From a virus: DNA of 64,000 nucleotides. Below the pieces are notes generated by a model. That model did no database searches and was not told the origin of the DNA. It saw only the letters and a list, made by a program, of their open reading frames with translations. The DNA is taken from IMG/VR virus record IMGVR_UViG_3300043446_003158, positions 1 to 64,000 of that record, one strand, 5' to 3'. This document shows positions 26,853 to 39,400 of this stretch, one piece after another (within the stretch, counting starts at the first letter, position 1; the number at the start of each line of letters is the position of its first letter). The translations under genes were made by a program, and so were the position numbers.

Positions 26853-28274
26853 TCAATTAATATATTGATTCTTATTAATGTATTTTATTTCTATAATATC
26901 CTCAAATGTTTTATTAATTTCTTCAATTAATTTTTCATTTTTTGATACAACACCAAGTCCATTTGAAACTATAAAATTAGTTTTTGGAAGATCAATTTCG
27001 TTGAAAAATTTCCTTACTCCAAAACTTGGATTTTCAACACAAGTATCATGCATTAATATTATTCCATCTTCCTTAACAAATTTATTCCACTTTTCAAAAT
27101 CATTTTTAATTGCTTCGTATGTGTGGAGACCATCAATATGTAAAATATCAATTTTTTTATCCCACGTTTTTTCTATTTCATCAAAGTATCCTTTAATAAA
27201 AGTAATATTCTCAAGGTTTAATTGGGTTTGTTTTTCAACAACATAATCATAAGTATTTCTAAACCCCGCATGTTTATCACCTTCAAAACTATCTACACCG
27301 TACACATGACCGATTTTAGGTAATGCAAATGAAAAAGTTGAATATCCATGATCAACTCCCAAATCAACAATTACTTCAGGTTGTTTTTTTCTAACAATCC
27401 ATTCGGCAAACTTTTTATGATCCTTCCAAGTAAATCCACTAGAACATGCTATTTCAAGCATAAAATTATCTTGTGTTAAAATATTTTTTTCTTCATTTGG
27501 ATCATATTCGCTACGATCATAAAGTTGGAAATAATGATGAGTATCACTTAAATGAAAACAATATTCTTTTGTTTTTTCTGTACCAATCCACGATTCAAAT
27601 GCATACCGATAAGTCTTTAGTTTTGACATGAGATATTCATAATTTGCATACTTATCAATTTCTAATGGATTTGGAAGTGTACGAATATACTTATTGTTTG
27701 CCCACCAAAAATTACCAGCAAAATGATAACATAAAAATCTTTGTTCTTCAGTAAAAGCTTTATTAGTTAAATTCTTTTCTACTAACCAATTAACACCACA
27801 ACAATCGTATCCTTCATCTAATTTTGCAACACAATCTTCCCACTTTTCAATATTAAAATAGTGCATGTATTCTCTCCAATCATGCAAACCACCAGGAACA
27901 TGAGTTCCATATGAAGTCATTCCTTTGTTATGGAAATACAATACATATCCATCAGTTTTTTGGCAGTGGTCATACAATCTAGCAAGTGTTTGCCCCTCAA
28001 ACAAATTAGGTTGATCTGTTACATTTCTCACATCAAGAATATTAACAAAAGAATAATTTTCTTTGATGTAATTAATGACCAATTGATCATATGTGTAATT
28101 ATTTTTTTGGTTAACTAAACCCAAAGGAATAGTAATGCACATATTAACCGTTGATGCATCTGCAAGTCCAGTAGATCTCAACAGTTCCATTTGTTCATCA
28201 ATCCACCAAACCCAATCTACCGATGTATCTGGCACATAAAAATGATAAAAAACACTAATATTTTTAATTTGCAT
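26853..28274 (-). CDS. HxKG/AGNFWW domain + methyltransferase
   Basis: YFHNKG..HFAGNFWWAN; VDLGVDHG..HIDGLH..MHD. Confidence 0.65.
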   Translation of the reverse strand: MQIKNISVFYHFYVPDTSVDWVWWIDEQMELLRSTGLADASTVNMCITIPLGLVNQKNNYTYDQLVINYIKENYSFVNILDVRNVTDQPNLFEGQTLARLYDHCQKTDGYVLYFHNKGMTSYGTHVPGGLHDWREYMHYFNIEKWEDCVAKLDEGYDCCGVNWLVEKNLTNKAFTEEQRFLCYHFAGNFWWANNKYIRTLPNPLEIDKYANYEYLMSKLKTYRYAFESWIGTEKTKEYCFHLSDTHHYFQLYDRSEYDPNEEKNILTQDNFMLEIACSSGFTWKDHKKFAEWIVRKKQPEVIVDLGVDHGYSTFSFALPKIGHVYGVDSFEGDKHAGFRNTYDYVVEKQTQLNLENITFIKGYFDEIEKTWDKKIDILHIDGLHTYEAIKNDFEKWNKFVKEDGIILMHDTCVENPSFGVRKFFNEIDLPKTNFIVSNGLGVVSKNEKLIEEINKTFEDIIEIKYINKNQYIN

Positions 28275-28974
28275 AACGTTCTCTTGGATAAAGTGCAAAA
28301 TAATGATCTACAGCACTGTAATGTATTGATCTTACTTTTGGTTTATTGGAGCACAACCAAACTTCATAACAAAATCTATGACCTTCAAACCTTTCCGTAA
28401 ACTTTTCATCATAATATAAAGTACGATCTAAAACATTTGGTAATGTTTTAATATAATCTGTTGTTGCCCACCAGAAATTTCCAGCAAAATGGGGGTATGG
28501 TTCTCTTGACCAGTTTGTTCCAACAGCATCTACTTGATCGTCTTCAATTTTTTGAATACAATCTTTCCATCTTTCCACACACCAATAGTTCATATAGTGT
28601 CTCCAGTCAGTTGTTGGAGCAGTTTGATATGAATTTACAGCATGAAGCATTCCTTTTGAATGGAAATAAAGAACATATCCATCATTTGTTTTTGAATATG
28701 TTTGAATTTCTTTAAGTGTTTGACCTTCAAAAATATTTTCTTGTTCTCCTTGACCCTCCAAAACTCTAGATGAAAGAATATTTACAAATGGATATTTTTG
28801 CCGAACATAAATTCTAATTTCATTAATAGCATGATCTGGAGCAGCATAGCACATATACACATTTGCAACATCGGAAAGACCAGAAGATTTGAGTAGTCCG
28901 AATTGCTCATCAAGAAATTTATTCCAAAGGCTATTAACTGCTCCTAAATGATAAAAAACAGCAATTTTTTTCAT
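28264..28974 (-). CDS. Stand-alone HxKG/AGNFWW domain protein
   Basis: YFHSKG, WRHYM, HFAGNFWWAT, RFCYEVW. Confidence 0.6.
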   Translation of the reverse strand: MKKIAVFYHLGAVNSLWNKFLDEQFGLLKSSGLSDVANVYMCYAAPDHAINEIRIYVRQKYPFVNILSSRVLEGQGEQENIFEGQTLKEIQTYSKTNDGYVLYFHSKGMLHAVNSYQTAPTTDWRHYMNYWCVERWKDCIQKIEDDQVDAVGTNWSREPYPHFAGNFWWATTDYIKTLPNVLDRTLYYDEKFTERFEGHRFCYEVWLCSNKPKVRSIHYSAVDHYFALYPRERYAN

Positions 28975-29705
28975 ACAACAATGTTTGATTTTACATGTCC
29001 AACAACAACTGTAGGATCTAGATGAACAATATCTCCGTTTTCAGTAACTCTTTCACACCAATAAAGATCTTCACCAAGAGGAATCTCATATTCAATTCCA
29101 TCAACTTCTTGTTTAACTTTACCTAATCCATACCAAGGGCGTTTAAGTTTTTCAAAAACTCCTTGACGAATACACATAAATCCAAGACCAACACCATATA
29201 CTGGAATTGGATCTCCTATTTTTTGATAGACTTCTAATTCAGAGCGAGTCATAAATCTAAAACTATCTTTTGTTTGGTGAACTACTGCATCCCTTCCTTC
29301 TGCTTCAAAATAAACACCAGAAATTACATCATAACCTGATGTATAAAGTTTAATAAAGTGTTCAGGATTCCAAACAATATCACTATCAATACAAAAAATT
29401 TTATCGTATGTATAAATTCCTTTTCCTGGTGATGTATTAAAAATTTCTAAATTTCTACTCCCAGTAATTGTTGCCTCTCTAGCATTAGTAACTAAAGATG
29501 CATATTCATTTTGGTAGTGCCAGGTAATTCCGTTCGCATTTAATATTTGAATTGTTGCCAATAAAGATTTAACATATTCGGCATTTAAAATTCTACCTGG
29601 TGTTGCAATCACCACATTTACATGTGGTTTTTGATTCTCTTGCTGCTGCTCTTTAATTTCTTCTTGAACAGTTTCTACGTCTATTACTTGATCTTGATTT
29701 TCCAT
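28971..29705 (-). CDS. GT-A-fold glycosyltransferase-like protein
   Basis: IDSDIVW, GLGFMCI..VFE, GEDLYWC, VGH. Confidence 0.7.
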   Translation of the reverse strand: MENQDQVIDVETVQEEIKEQQQENQKPHVNVVIATPGRILNAEYVKSLLATIQILNANGITWHYQNEYASLVTNAREATITGSRNLEIFNTSPGKGIYTYDKIFCIDSDIVWNPEHFIKLYTSGYDVISGVYFEAEGRDAVVHQTKDSFRFMTRSELEVYQKIGDPIPVYGVGLGFMCIRQGVFEKLKRPWYGLGKVKQEVDGIEYEIPLGEDLYWCERVTENGDIVHLDPTVVVGHVKSNIVV

Positions 29706-30421
29706 TATAGAATTACCATTTTTTGATGACCGACTTTTACTTTTGGATTACACCAAATTTCAAATCCATGTTCACGAATATCTTCACACATAGCAACATC
29801 TTCAGAACACATATCTTCAAGAATTATACCATCTTCTCTAATTAATTGCACCTTTTTAGGAGCAAACCAAGGATAAGGAATTTTTTCAAAAACTCCTTTC
29901 TTCATAAGAACCCAACCAAATCCACAATATTCAATCTTAAATGGTCCTGGGCGTTTTGCCATGTCTTCAACCGTTTCAAAATAATAAGAACCTTGCTCAA
30001 GAAGTCTTTTTTTATCCATATTAACAACAACAGTTGTTTGATTTGAAACTGGTGTTCCATTTGATTGAACATACCATCCAGTTGCAATATCCTTATCCAT
30101 TTGAAGAAGTTCTAAAAGATCTTCTGTTTTAAAAATAATATCACTATCAATCCACATAATATAATCATACGCAATTTGCCCACGCCAAGGCGTGAGCATT
30201 GTTCCCGCAAAGTTATCTGCCTGCAAACAATCAGTTCTGGCAAAATTTACCATGGAACTGTATTTTTGCGAAATATAAAAATTAATTCCTTGCTGATTTA
30301 AATCAAACAATAACCTAACAAATTGTGTAAGAAAAGTTCCAGAATAAGAAAATCCAGGTAAACAAAATGCAATTGTTTTTCCTCTAAAATCATTTTTCGG
30401 TTGATTTGAATAATTTAACAT
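29705..30421 (-). CDS. GT-A-fold glycosyltransferase-like protein (paralogue of 28971..29705)
   Basis: WIDSDIIF, GFGWVLM..VFE..YPWF, SEDVAMC, VGHQK. Confidence 0.7.
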   Translation of the reverse strand: MLNYSNQPKNDFRGKTIAFCLPGFSYSGTFLTQFVRLLFDLNQQGINFYISQKYSSMVNFARTDCLQADNFAGTMLTPWRGQIAYDYIMWIDSDIIFKTEDLLELLQMDKDIATGWYVQSNGTPVSNQTTVVVNMDKKRLLEQGSYYFETVEDMAKRPGPFKIEYCGFGWVLMKKGVFEKIPYPWFAPKKVQLIREDGIILEDMCSEDVAMCEDIREHGFEIWCNPKVKVGHQKMVIL

Positions 30422-30453
30422 AAATCAAAATAGTATATGTTTATATATGTAAT

Positions 30454-33400
30454 TTACCACCAGGTAATTCTAACATATCCATCTCCACCATTTCCACCAG
30501 TTCCAGACAAATTATTTTCTACAGAATAACCTCCTCCGCCTCCGCCGCCGCCGCGAGTTCCATCTCCACCATTTCCAGCTGCAGAAACTGGTTCACCACC
30601 ATTAAAAGATGACATAGTTGCTTGAGGTCCACCAACAAGATATAATGAATTACCATATACTATTGCGGAAATTGCAGTTGATCCAAAACCACCATAAGTA
30701 GAAGTTCTTAAACGCCATGTAATTGCATCTGTAGAATAAACAATTGTTGAACCTCCTATGGCAGCATAATATAATCCATCATGGGCAAATCCATTGATTG
30801 CGGTAGATCCAAATCCAGAAGTTCTTAATTGCCAAGAAATACTATCAGTTGAATAAATCAATATAGGTTGATTTGAATTATCGGTTCCACCAATTAAATA
30901 CCGAGTTCCAGAAGAATTTATTGAATAAACAGAATTAAAAGTTTGAAGATTATTTTTAACTGTTCTAGATTGCCAAGAAATAGTATCAGTTGAAACTACC
31001 ATTCTACCATTTCCTTCTGTTAATCCAATATAACTGGCAGAAGACATTGTCGCATTTATTCCACCAATTACAAAAATATCATTTAAATATGTCATAGTAT
31101 TAATTGTACTAGAACCAAATCCAGAAGTTCTAAATCTCCAAATAATTGCATCTGTTGAAATGGAAACTGTTCCATTAGCACCACCTATAACATATAAATT
31201 ATTATTATAAGAAATAGAATTTATATCAGAAGTTCCAAATCCAGTTGTTCTTAATGTCCATGCAATCGCATCTGTAGAAGTTGTCAATGTTCCTTTTATA
31301 CCAATTGCAACATAAGTTGTTGTTGGAGAAGATGAATACACAAGAGATTGTATATTAGATGTTCCGAATCCAGAAGTTTGAAGGGTCCATCTAATAGTAT
31401 CAGTAGAAGTCATTAATGTTCCACTATCTCCAGATGCAACATAAGTATCTGTGGGAAGTGAACCATAAGTAAACGCATTAATTGCAGTTGTTCCAAATCC
31501 AGAAGTTCTTAGAACCCATATAATATTATTTGTAGATGCAATAATTTGTCTCTGAGAAGCACCGTCTAGCGCAGATGCTAAAACATATGATCCCACTTGT
31601 TTAATTGTAGATAGTGAGAATATTTCAATAGGAGAAGTTCTTAAAGACCAAGAAATAGTATCAGTTGAAGCTGCTAGTAATGCCCCAGAAGATCCGTAAG
31701 TTAATGTTTTTATTACGGCACTGTTTAACAAACCATTTAATCCACCACCAATCAATGCAAGGGTTCCACCATAAGTCATTGCAGAAATTGAAGAACTTCC
31801 AAATCCAGTAGTTGTTCTTATGACCCAAGAAATTGCATCAGTAGAAATTCTATTTGTGCCACTTTGTCCACCAATTACATAGATATTAGTATCATTAATA
31901 TACATCAATGAATTTATTGATGATGTTCCAAATCCAGTTGTTCTTATTGTCCAAGCAATTCCATCAGTAGAAGTTGCTAATCTACCAGAAGTTCCAGAAG
32001 CAACATAAGTTGTAGTAGGAGATGATCCATATGCTAAATTATTAATTGAATTAGTTAAAAATCCAGAAGTTTGAAGAGTCCAAGAAATAGTATCTGTAGA
32101 AGTCATTAAAGTTCCACTAGCACCAGCAGCAACATAAGTATCTGTGGGAAGTGAACCATAAGTAAACGCATTAATTGCAGTTGTTCCAAATCCAGAAGTT
32201 CTTAGAACCCATATAATATTATCAGTAGAAACCGTAATAATTGTTTGAGAAAGCGAATTAGTACCAGTTGCAATAGAATAAGATCCCTCTTTTTCCATTA
32301 CGGAAATTGCTTGAACACTTGCCGAAGTGGTTCGTGTAACCCATGCTATAGAATCAGTAGATGCTCTTAGCAATCCTCCTGTTCCTAAATTTCTAATGCT
32401 TAAATGATTAGATGTCATTATCGTGGCATTAGTACTAATAACTCCAGCCATTAACCACACATCAGCACCAGAACCATAAGTAAGACAAAGATTTGCAGTA
32501 GCTGATCCAGTTGTTCTCATTATCCACACAATTCCATCTGTTGAAGTTAAACTTCTTCCAGTATTGGCAGCAATTACATACGCACCATCATAATATCTAA
32601 CAGAATTAATAGTAGTTGTACCCAATCCAGAAGGTGTTGTTCTAAATGCCCAAGCAATAGCATCAGTAGAAGTCATTATAGTTGCATTATTTCCAGCAGC
32701 AACATAAGTAGATGTTGGTTGATTACCATATGCCAATCCATTAATATTTGTTGCACCAAATCCAGAAGTTTGAAGAGTCCAAGAAATAGTATCTGTAGAA
32801 GTCATTAAAGTTCCACTAGCACCAGCAGCAACATAAGTATCTGTGGGAAGTGAACCATAAGTAAAGGCATTAATTGCAGTTAATCCAAATCCAGAAGTTC
32901 TTAGAACCCATATAATATTATTTGTAGAGACAATTAAACCTCCAGATTGTCCAAGATAATTTGTCGTATGTGCTAAAACATAAGAACCAGAATATTCAAG
33001 ATCCGTAGTATTTTGATTACTTAATGGAGTAGTTCTTATTTGCCAAGAAATACTATCTGTTGAAGCACTAATTAAAGATCCAGCACCTAAACCATATAAA
33101 ATAGGTCCAGTTGAAGATGCCAATGTTCCATTTACTCCACCAATTATATAAGTAGAATTAAATCCAGAACCACCAGAAGCAATACAATTAATTGAACTAG
33201 TTCCAAATCCAGATGTTCTCAATATCCATACAAATGAATCTGTTGAGGTTAAAATTCTTCCGCTAGAACCACCAACAACAAAAGCATCTAAGTCAAAATT
33301 AATATAAGAGGCAACGTTTGCGGTAGAAGTTCCAAACCCAGCACCAGAAGTTCTAATTGTCCAGGCAATAGCATCAGTTGAAGCCCCTATTGCTCCACCA

Positions 33401-36400
33401 GCAGAACCAACAACATAATATGGTTGAGATGATGGTCCTACAGTTCCATATGCTAAACTTGCTAAATTACTAGTTCCAAATCCAGAAGTTTGAAGAGTCC
33501 AAGAAATAGTATCTGTAGAAGTCATTAAAGTTCCACTAGCACCAGCAGCAACATAAGTATCTGTGGGAAGTGAACCATAAGTAAACGCATTAATTGCAGT
33601 TGTTCCAAATCCAGAAGTTCTTAGAACCCATATAATATTATCAGTAGAAACCGTAATAATTGTTTGAGAAAGCGAATTAGTACCAGTTGCAATAGAATAA
33701 GATCCCTCTTTTTCCATTACGGAAATTGCTTGAACACTTGCCGAAGTGGTTCGTGTAACCCATGCTATAGAATCAGTAGATGCTCTTAGCAATCCTCCTG
33801 TTCCTAAATTTCTAATGCTTAAATGATTAGATGTCATTATAAGATTGCCACTATTTCCACTTGCAATCCAAACATCAGCACCAGAACCATAAGCAATATC
33901 AGTAATTGCAGAAGTTCCAAAACCAGAGTTTGTTCTTAGTATCCATACAATCGTATCAGTTGAAGTTAAAGTTCTTCCGTTGCTAGCAGCAATTACATAT
34001 GTTCCAGAATAAGAATTAACAGCATTAATAGTAGTTGTTCCCAATCCCGTTGTTCTTAGTGTCCAAGCAATACCATCAGTAGAAGATGTTAAAGTTCCAC
34101 TAGGACCACCAGCAACATAAGTTGCAGAAGGAGATGAACTATATGTAAGTGATGAAATAGATGTAGTTCCAAATCCAGAAGTTTGAAGAGTCCAAGAAAT
34201 AGTATCTGTAGAAGTCATTAAAGTTCCACTAGCACCAGCAGCAACATAAGTATCTGTGGGAAGTGAACCATAAGTAAAGGCATTAATTGCACTAATTCCA
34301 AATCCAGAACTTCTGAATTGCCATATTATATTGTTAGTAGAAGCAATTAAACCTCCAGACCCACCAGTAATATCAGAAGATCCTGCTAAAACATAAGAAC
34401 CAACAGATTCTATTGCAGATATTCCTATTATTCCTGTCGGAGAAGTTCTTAAAACCCAAATAATACTATCTGTAGATGCTCCTATCACACCACCATATCC
34501 ATAAGATAAATTAATTGAGGAATTCATTATTCCTGATCCACCAACCATGAGATAATTATTATTTCCATATGTAACTGAATTAATTTGCGATGTTCCAAAT
34601 CCAGTTGTTGTCCTTATAATCCAGGTAATTCCATCGGTAGAAGTTTGATTTCTTCCTTGAGCACCTGCTATAAGATAAAAAGGACTTCTGTATAAAATAC
34701 TTGTGATGGTAGATGTTCCAAATCCAGAAGTTCTTATTGACCAAGAAATTGAATCTGTAGAAGATCTTAAAGTTCCATTTACACCAATCGCAACATATTT
34801 TTCTACTTTATCAGATCCATAAGAAATACCATTAATTGTAGATGTTCCAAATCCTGCTGTTCGCAAAGTCCAAGAAATAGTATCAGTTGAAGTTGCTAGA
34901 GAACCAATCGCACCTGCTGCAACATAATTAGTTCCATCATATAAAATAGAATTAACTCCAGTTCCTAAACCAGTATTTAATAAAGACCACGATATATTAT
35001 TGGTAGACATTATTAAATCTGCTCCAGTTCCACCATAATAATTACTTAAATTACCAAAAACATATGATCCAGCAGCATTTAAATAAGTTACAGACAAACT
35101 ATCATAAGTAGTTGTTCTTGTAGTCCATGAAGAAAGATCTGCAGAAGCTCGTAAAATACCTCCAGTACCCAAAGAAATACTTGAACTTGTTGCATATTGA
35201 ACAGATCCACCCGTTGAACCTATTAAAAATTCACTACCTGTAGAATTAGAAATAATTGCATTGTAAGAAGCTGTTGTGGTGGCATTTGTTCTCAAAACCC
35301 ACATAATTCCATTAGTTGAAGATGCCACATAATTAGTAGTTCCATTACTGACACACAAATAATCTCCATTACTATAATAAAGTTTAGATACATTAGTAGA
35401 TAAACCACCAGCAGCATTTCCAGCTTCCCAGGTAATTGAATCGGTTGAAGTTGCTATTTCCCCAGTATTAAGACCAATTACATAAGTTGATGATGGTAAA
35501 CTACCAAAAGTTAATGACGTAATTGTTGCGGTTTGATATCCCGTTGTTCTCAAAGTCCAAGAAATAGTATCACTTGAAACTATGAAAGATCCTCTAGTTC
35601 CTGCAGCAATATAAGGATTTGTTTGACCACTAGCATACCAAAGAGATCTAATTTGATCGCCATCAAGTCCAGTTGTTCTCAATATCCAAATAATATTATC
35701 AGTAGAAACGCAAATATTTGTACCATTTCCACTATAATCTGGAGATTGAAATACTACATAAGAACCACCAAATTCTATTGCTCCAGCATTTTGTGTATTA
35801 TAAGGAGCAGTTCTAGTAACCCATGCTATAGAATCAGTAGATGCTCTTAAAAAAGCTCCAGTTCCATTTGATTTTACTAATGATGCCGTAGCATATTCCA
35901 TTGCCCCATTATCACCACCAACAACATAACTATCAAGTAAACTATGATATGTTATAGCATTAATATTAGTAAACACCGAAGTTCTTAATTGCCAAGTAAT
36001 TGTATCAGTTGAAACAAGTAGTGCTGTTGTTAAATTTGCAAGATAAACATTATTAGAATAATTAATATCCCTAACATCAGATCCAGCAAATCCTAATGTT
36101 CTTATAAACCATGTTATTGCATCAGTAGAAGAAGCAATAGTGGAATTTGCTCCCGCAATAAGGTATCTTTGTGATTGATCACTTGCATATTGAGCAATAT
36201 AAATTGCACTAGTTCCAAATCCAGAAGTTCTCAAAGTCCAAAAAATAGAATCTGAAGATATCGCAATTCCACCGAGATCAGATGTTACCAAATAATTGCT
36301 ACCATCATAAAGAGATCCGTATACTAATTGATTTCCTAAAAGACCAGTAGTTCTTAAAGTCCATATAACGTTATCAGTAGATAATGCAAGAGCAGTATTA

Positions 36401-39400
36401 GATCCACGATAATCACGCAATCCACAAAAAACATAAGAACCATTTTGTTTTAAAGACCAGTTATTAATACCAACCGTAGAAAGTGGAGTTGTTCTAGTAG
36501 TCCAAGCAATACTATCAGTAGAAGCGCGAAGTAAAGCACCAGATCCTAAAAGATCTAAACTTGATCTGGTAGCAGATTGAATAGTTCCACCTTGACCACC
36601 AATAATCCAAACATCAGTCAATTCACTTGTAGTAAGTATGAGAGAACTTCCAAATCCAGTTGTTCTTAAAACCCAATTTATAGTGTCAGTTGATGTTATT
36701 GTATTTCCAAATGGAGAAGATGCACTGGAAAGAACATATAAACCATTATCATAGTATCCACTAGAATATGTACCCGATGCTATTGCTGTCGCCTGTGTCC
36801 TTATAAACCAATTAATTGAATCGGTAGAAACTCTTATACCATTCGTAATATCGTATGTTAAGAATCTTTCACCATAAAGTAACATAGTTGAAGTTGCATT
36901 ACCAGATGCTGAAGTTCTTGCTATCCAAGATAAAGAGTCATCTGAACTAAAAACTTGACCATTTGCAGATAAAGTTAAAGAATATGTATTATTTCCATAC
37001 GCAACAGAAAGAATACTAGACGACCCAAATGATCCTATACCTTGCGTTCTTAATTCCCAAGTAATGTTGTCTGTTGAAGATATTAATGCAGATTGACTAA
37101 TTTGATTAGTTACTCTACTAAACACATAAGATGGTGTTGAAGAAAATTGATCTATGGATTCAATATTATATGGAGAAGTTCTAGTAACCCATGCTATAGT
37201 ATCAGTTGATGCTCTTAAAACTCCGCCAGTTCCAAGAGAAGATAATAGTAATGGTGTTGATATTGCTATTGCAGCATTTGATCCAGTAAATAGTCCACCT
37301 ATTAAAAATATACCATTTCCTGGCGATGCTATGTTTTGCCCCGCAATACCTGTAGTTCTCAATATCCATGTAATTGCATCAGTTGAAGATGCTGATGCCG
37401 CATTAAGAAGTGCAACACCATTTGAATATACAACAGGAGTATAAGATCCAATTATATTAGCAGTTGTTCGTATAACCCAACGAATTGAATCTGTAGATGT
37501 TAAAGTAACTTGATTTCCTGAAACAATATATTTTTGTTCAAATTCTGGAGCATATGTGGCAGAATATAAAAGATATCCAGTAGATGGCGATGTTCTGTAT
37601 ACCCAACTAATAGTATCAGTTGAAGCCATTATTATTCCACTATTACCAACAGCTAAGTAAGTGGTTGATCCGTCATAAGTAAATCCTCTTACAGCAGTAT
37701 TTCCAAAACCAGAAGTTCTTAATGTCCATATAACATTATCACTAGAAGCACAAATTATTCCATTATTAAATCCAAAATAATCCTGGCATCCAACTAAACT
37801 ATAAGACCCCACAGATTGTGTAGCTAAAAAAGTTGGGTTTGCAGACCCAAAAGGAGTTGTTCTAGCAACCCAAGAAATTCCATCTGTTGAAGCTTGTAAT
37901 GTAAATCCTGTTCCTAATTGAGATAATATATCTTGTCGTGAAGCAATAACAGTTGCTCCATTTCCACCTTGCATCCAAATATTATTTCCATATGCAGTTG
38001 TATTAATTGTAGATGATCCAAAACCAGAAGTTCTAATTACCCAAACAATGCTATCAGTCGAAGTTAATGAAACAGAAGATCCAGAAATAACAAAAACACC
38101 ACTATTATATTCAAGTGAAGTAACAGTATTAGTTGATAATCCCGATACAGTTCTAAGAACCCAAGCAATTGCGTCTGTAGATGATCTTACTAATCCATTC
38201 ACTCCCCCAATTACATATTTGTTTGAAGATTGATCTCCAGCATAAACAACTTGAGTAATTCCAGTCGCTCCAAATCCAGAAGTTCTAAACGTCCATGCAA
38301 TTCCATCAGTAGATGATCTTAAAGTTGCAGCAGGTCCAACTGCAAGGAAATTAACCGCAGGAAGAGCACCATATGCAAGATTATTAATTGCACTGGTTCC
38401 AAATCCAGAAGTTCTAAAGGTCCAGTTAATTGTATCTGTAGAGAATGATAAATCTCCAGTAATTGATGCTGCATAGTAATTACTATTCAAGAACGCAACA
38501 GCAGTAATTGCACTTGTTCCAAATCCAATAGTTCTAATAAACCAACTAATATTATCAGTAGAAGACGCTAAAATTCCACCAGCTCCCAAATAATTAGTAA
38601 ATCCACCAAGTGTATACCCAGAACCACTTGCAATTGGTCGATAAGCAGAAGCAGAAACACCTTGTATATTTGAACATGTTGTTCTTAAAACCCAATAAAT
38701 GGAATCGGATGAAGTTGCAATTAATGCTCCTGCACCCACACCATTTAATCTACTTGTAGTTGAAGATTGAACAAAACCATTTTGAGATCCAGATACGTGC
38801 AATTCATTGGCATAAGCAAGAGTTAAAAATCCATTAGCAGTAGTGCTTGTTCTAAATATCCAACTAATTGTATCTGTTGAAGTTTTAACTGTTCCATTTG
38901 GTCCACCAATTACATAACTATTAGAAATAGAATCAAAAGAAATAGTGCTAACACTTGTAGTTCCAAATCCAGTTGTTCTTAATGTCCAGGCAATCGCATC
39001 TGTTGAAACACTTAAAGCGCCAGAAGTTCCACCAGTAACATATCCATAAGTTGAATTGCTATAAATTAAGCTTAAAAATCCTGATGGTGCTGTACCAGCA
39101 GTTCTAAATGTCCATGCAATTCCATCTGTAGAAGACCTAGTTGTTCCGTTATTACCAACGGCAACAAATTTTTCTGATGTTGCATTACTAAATGTAACAG
39201 CTCCAATTGAAGTTGATCCAAATCCAGAAGTTCTAAATGTCCATGCAATAGTATCTGTTGAAGTTTTAATTGATGCCCCACCACATATAATATAAGTATG
39301 GGTACTATTAACAAATCCATATGCTAAAGAATAAACTTGACTAGTTCCAAATCCAGCAGTTCTTAAAGACCAACGAATACCATCACTAGAAGATGAAATT

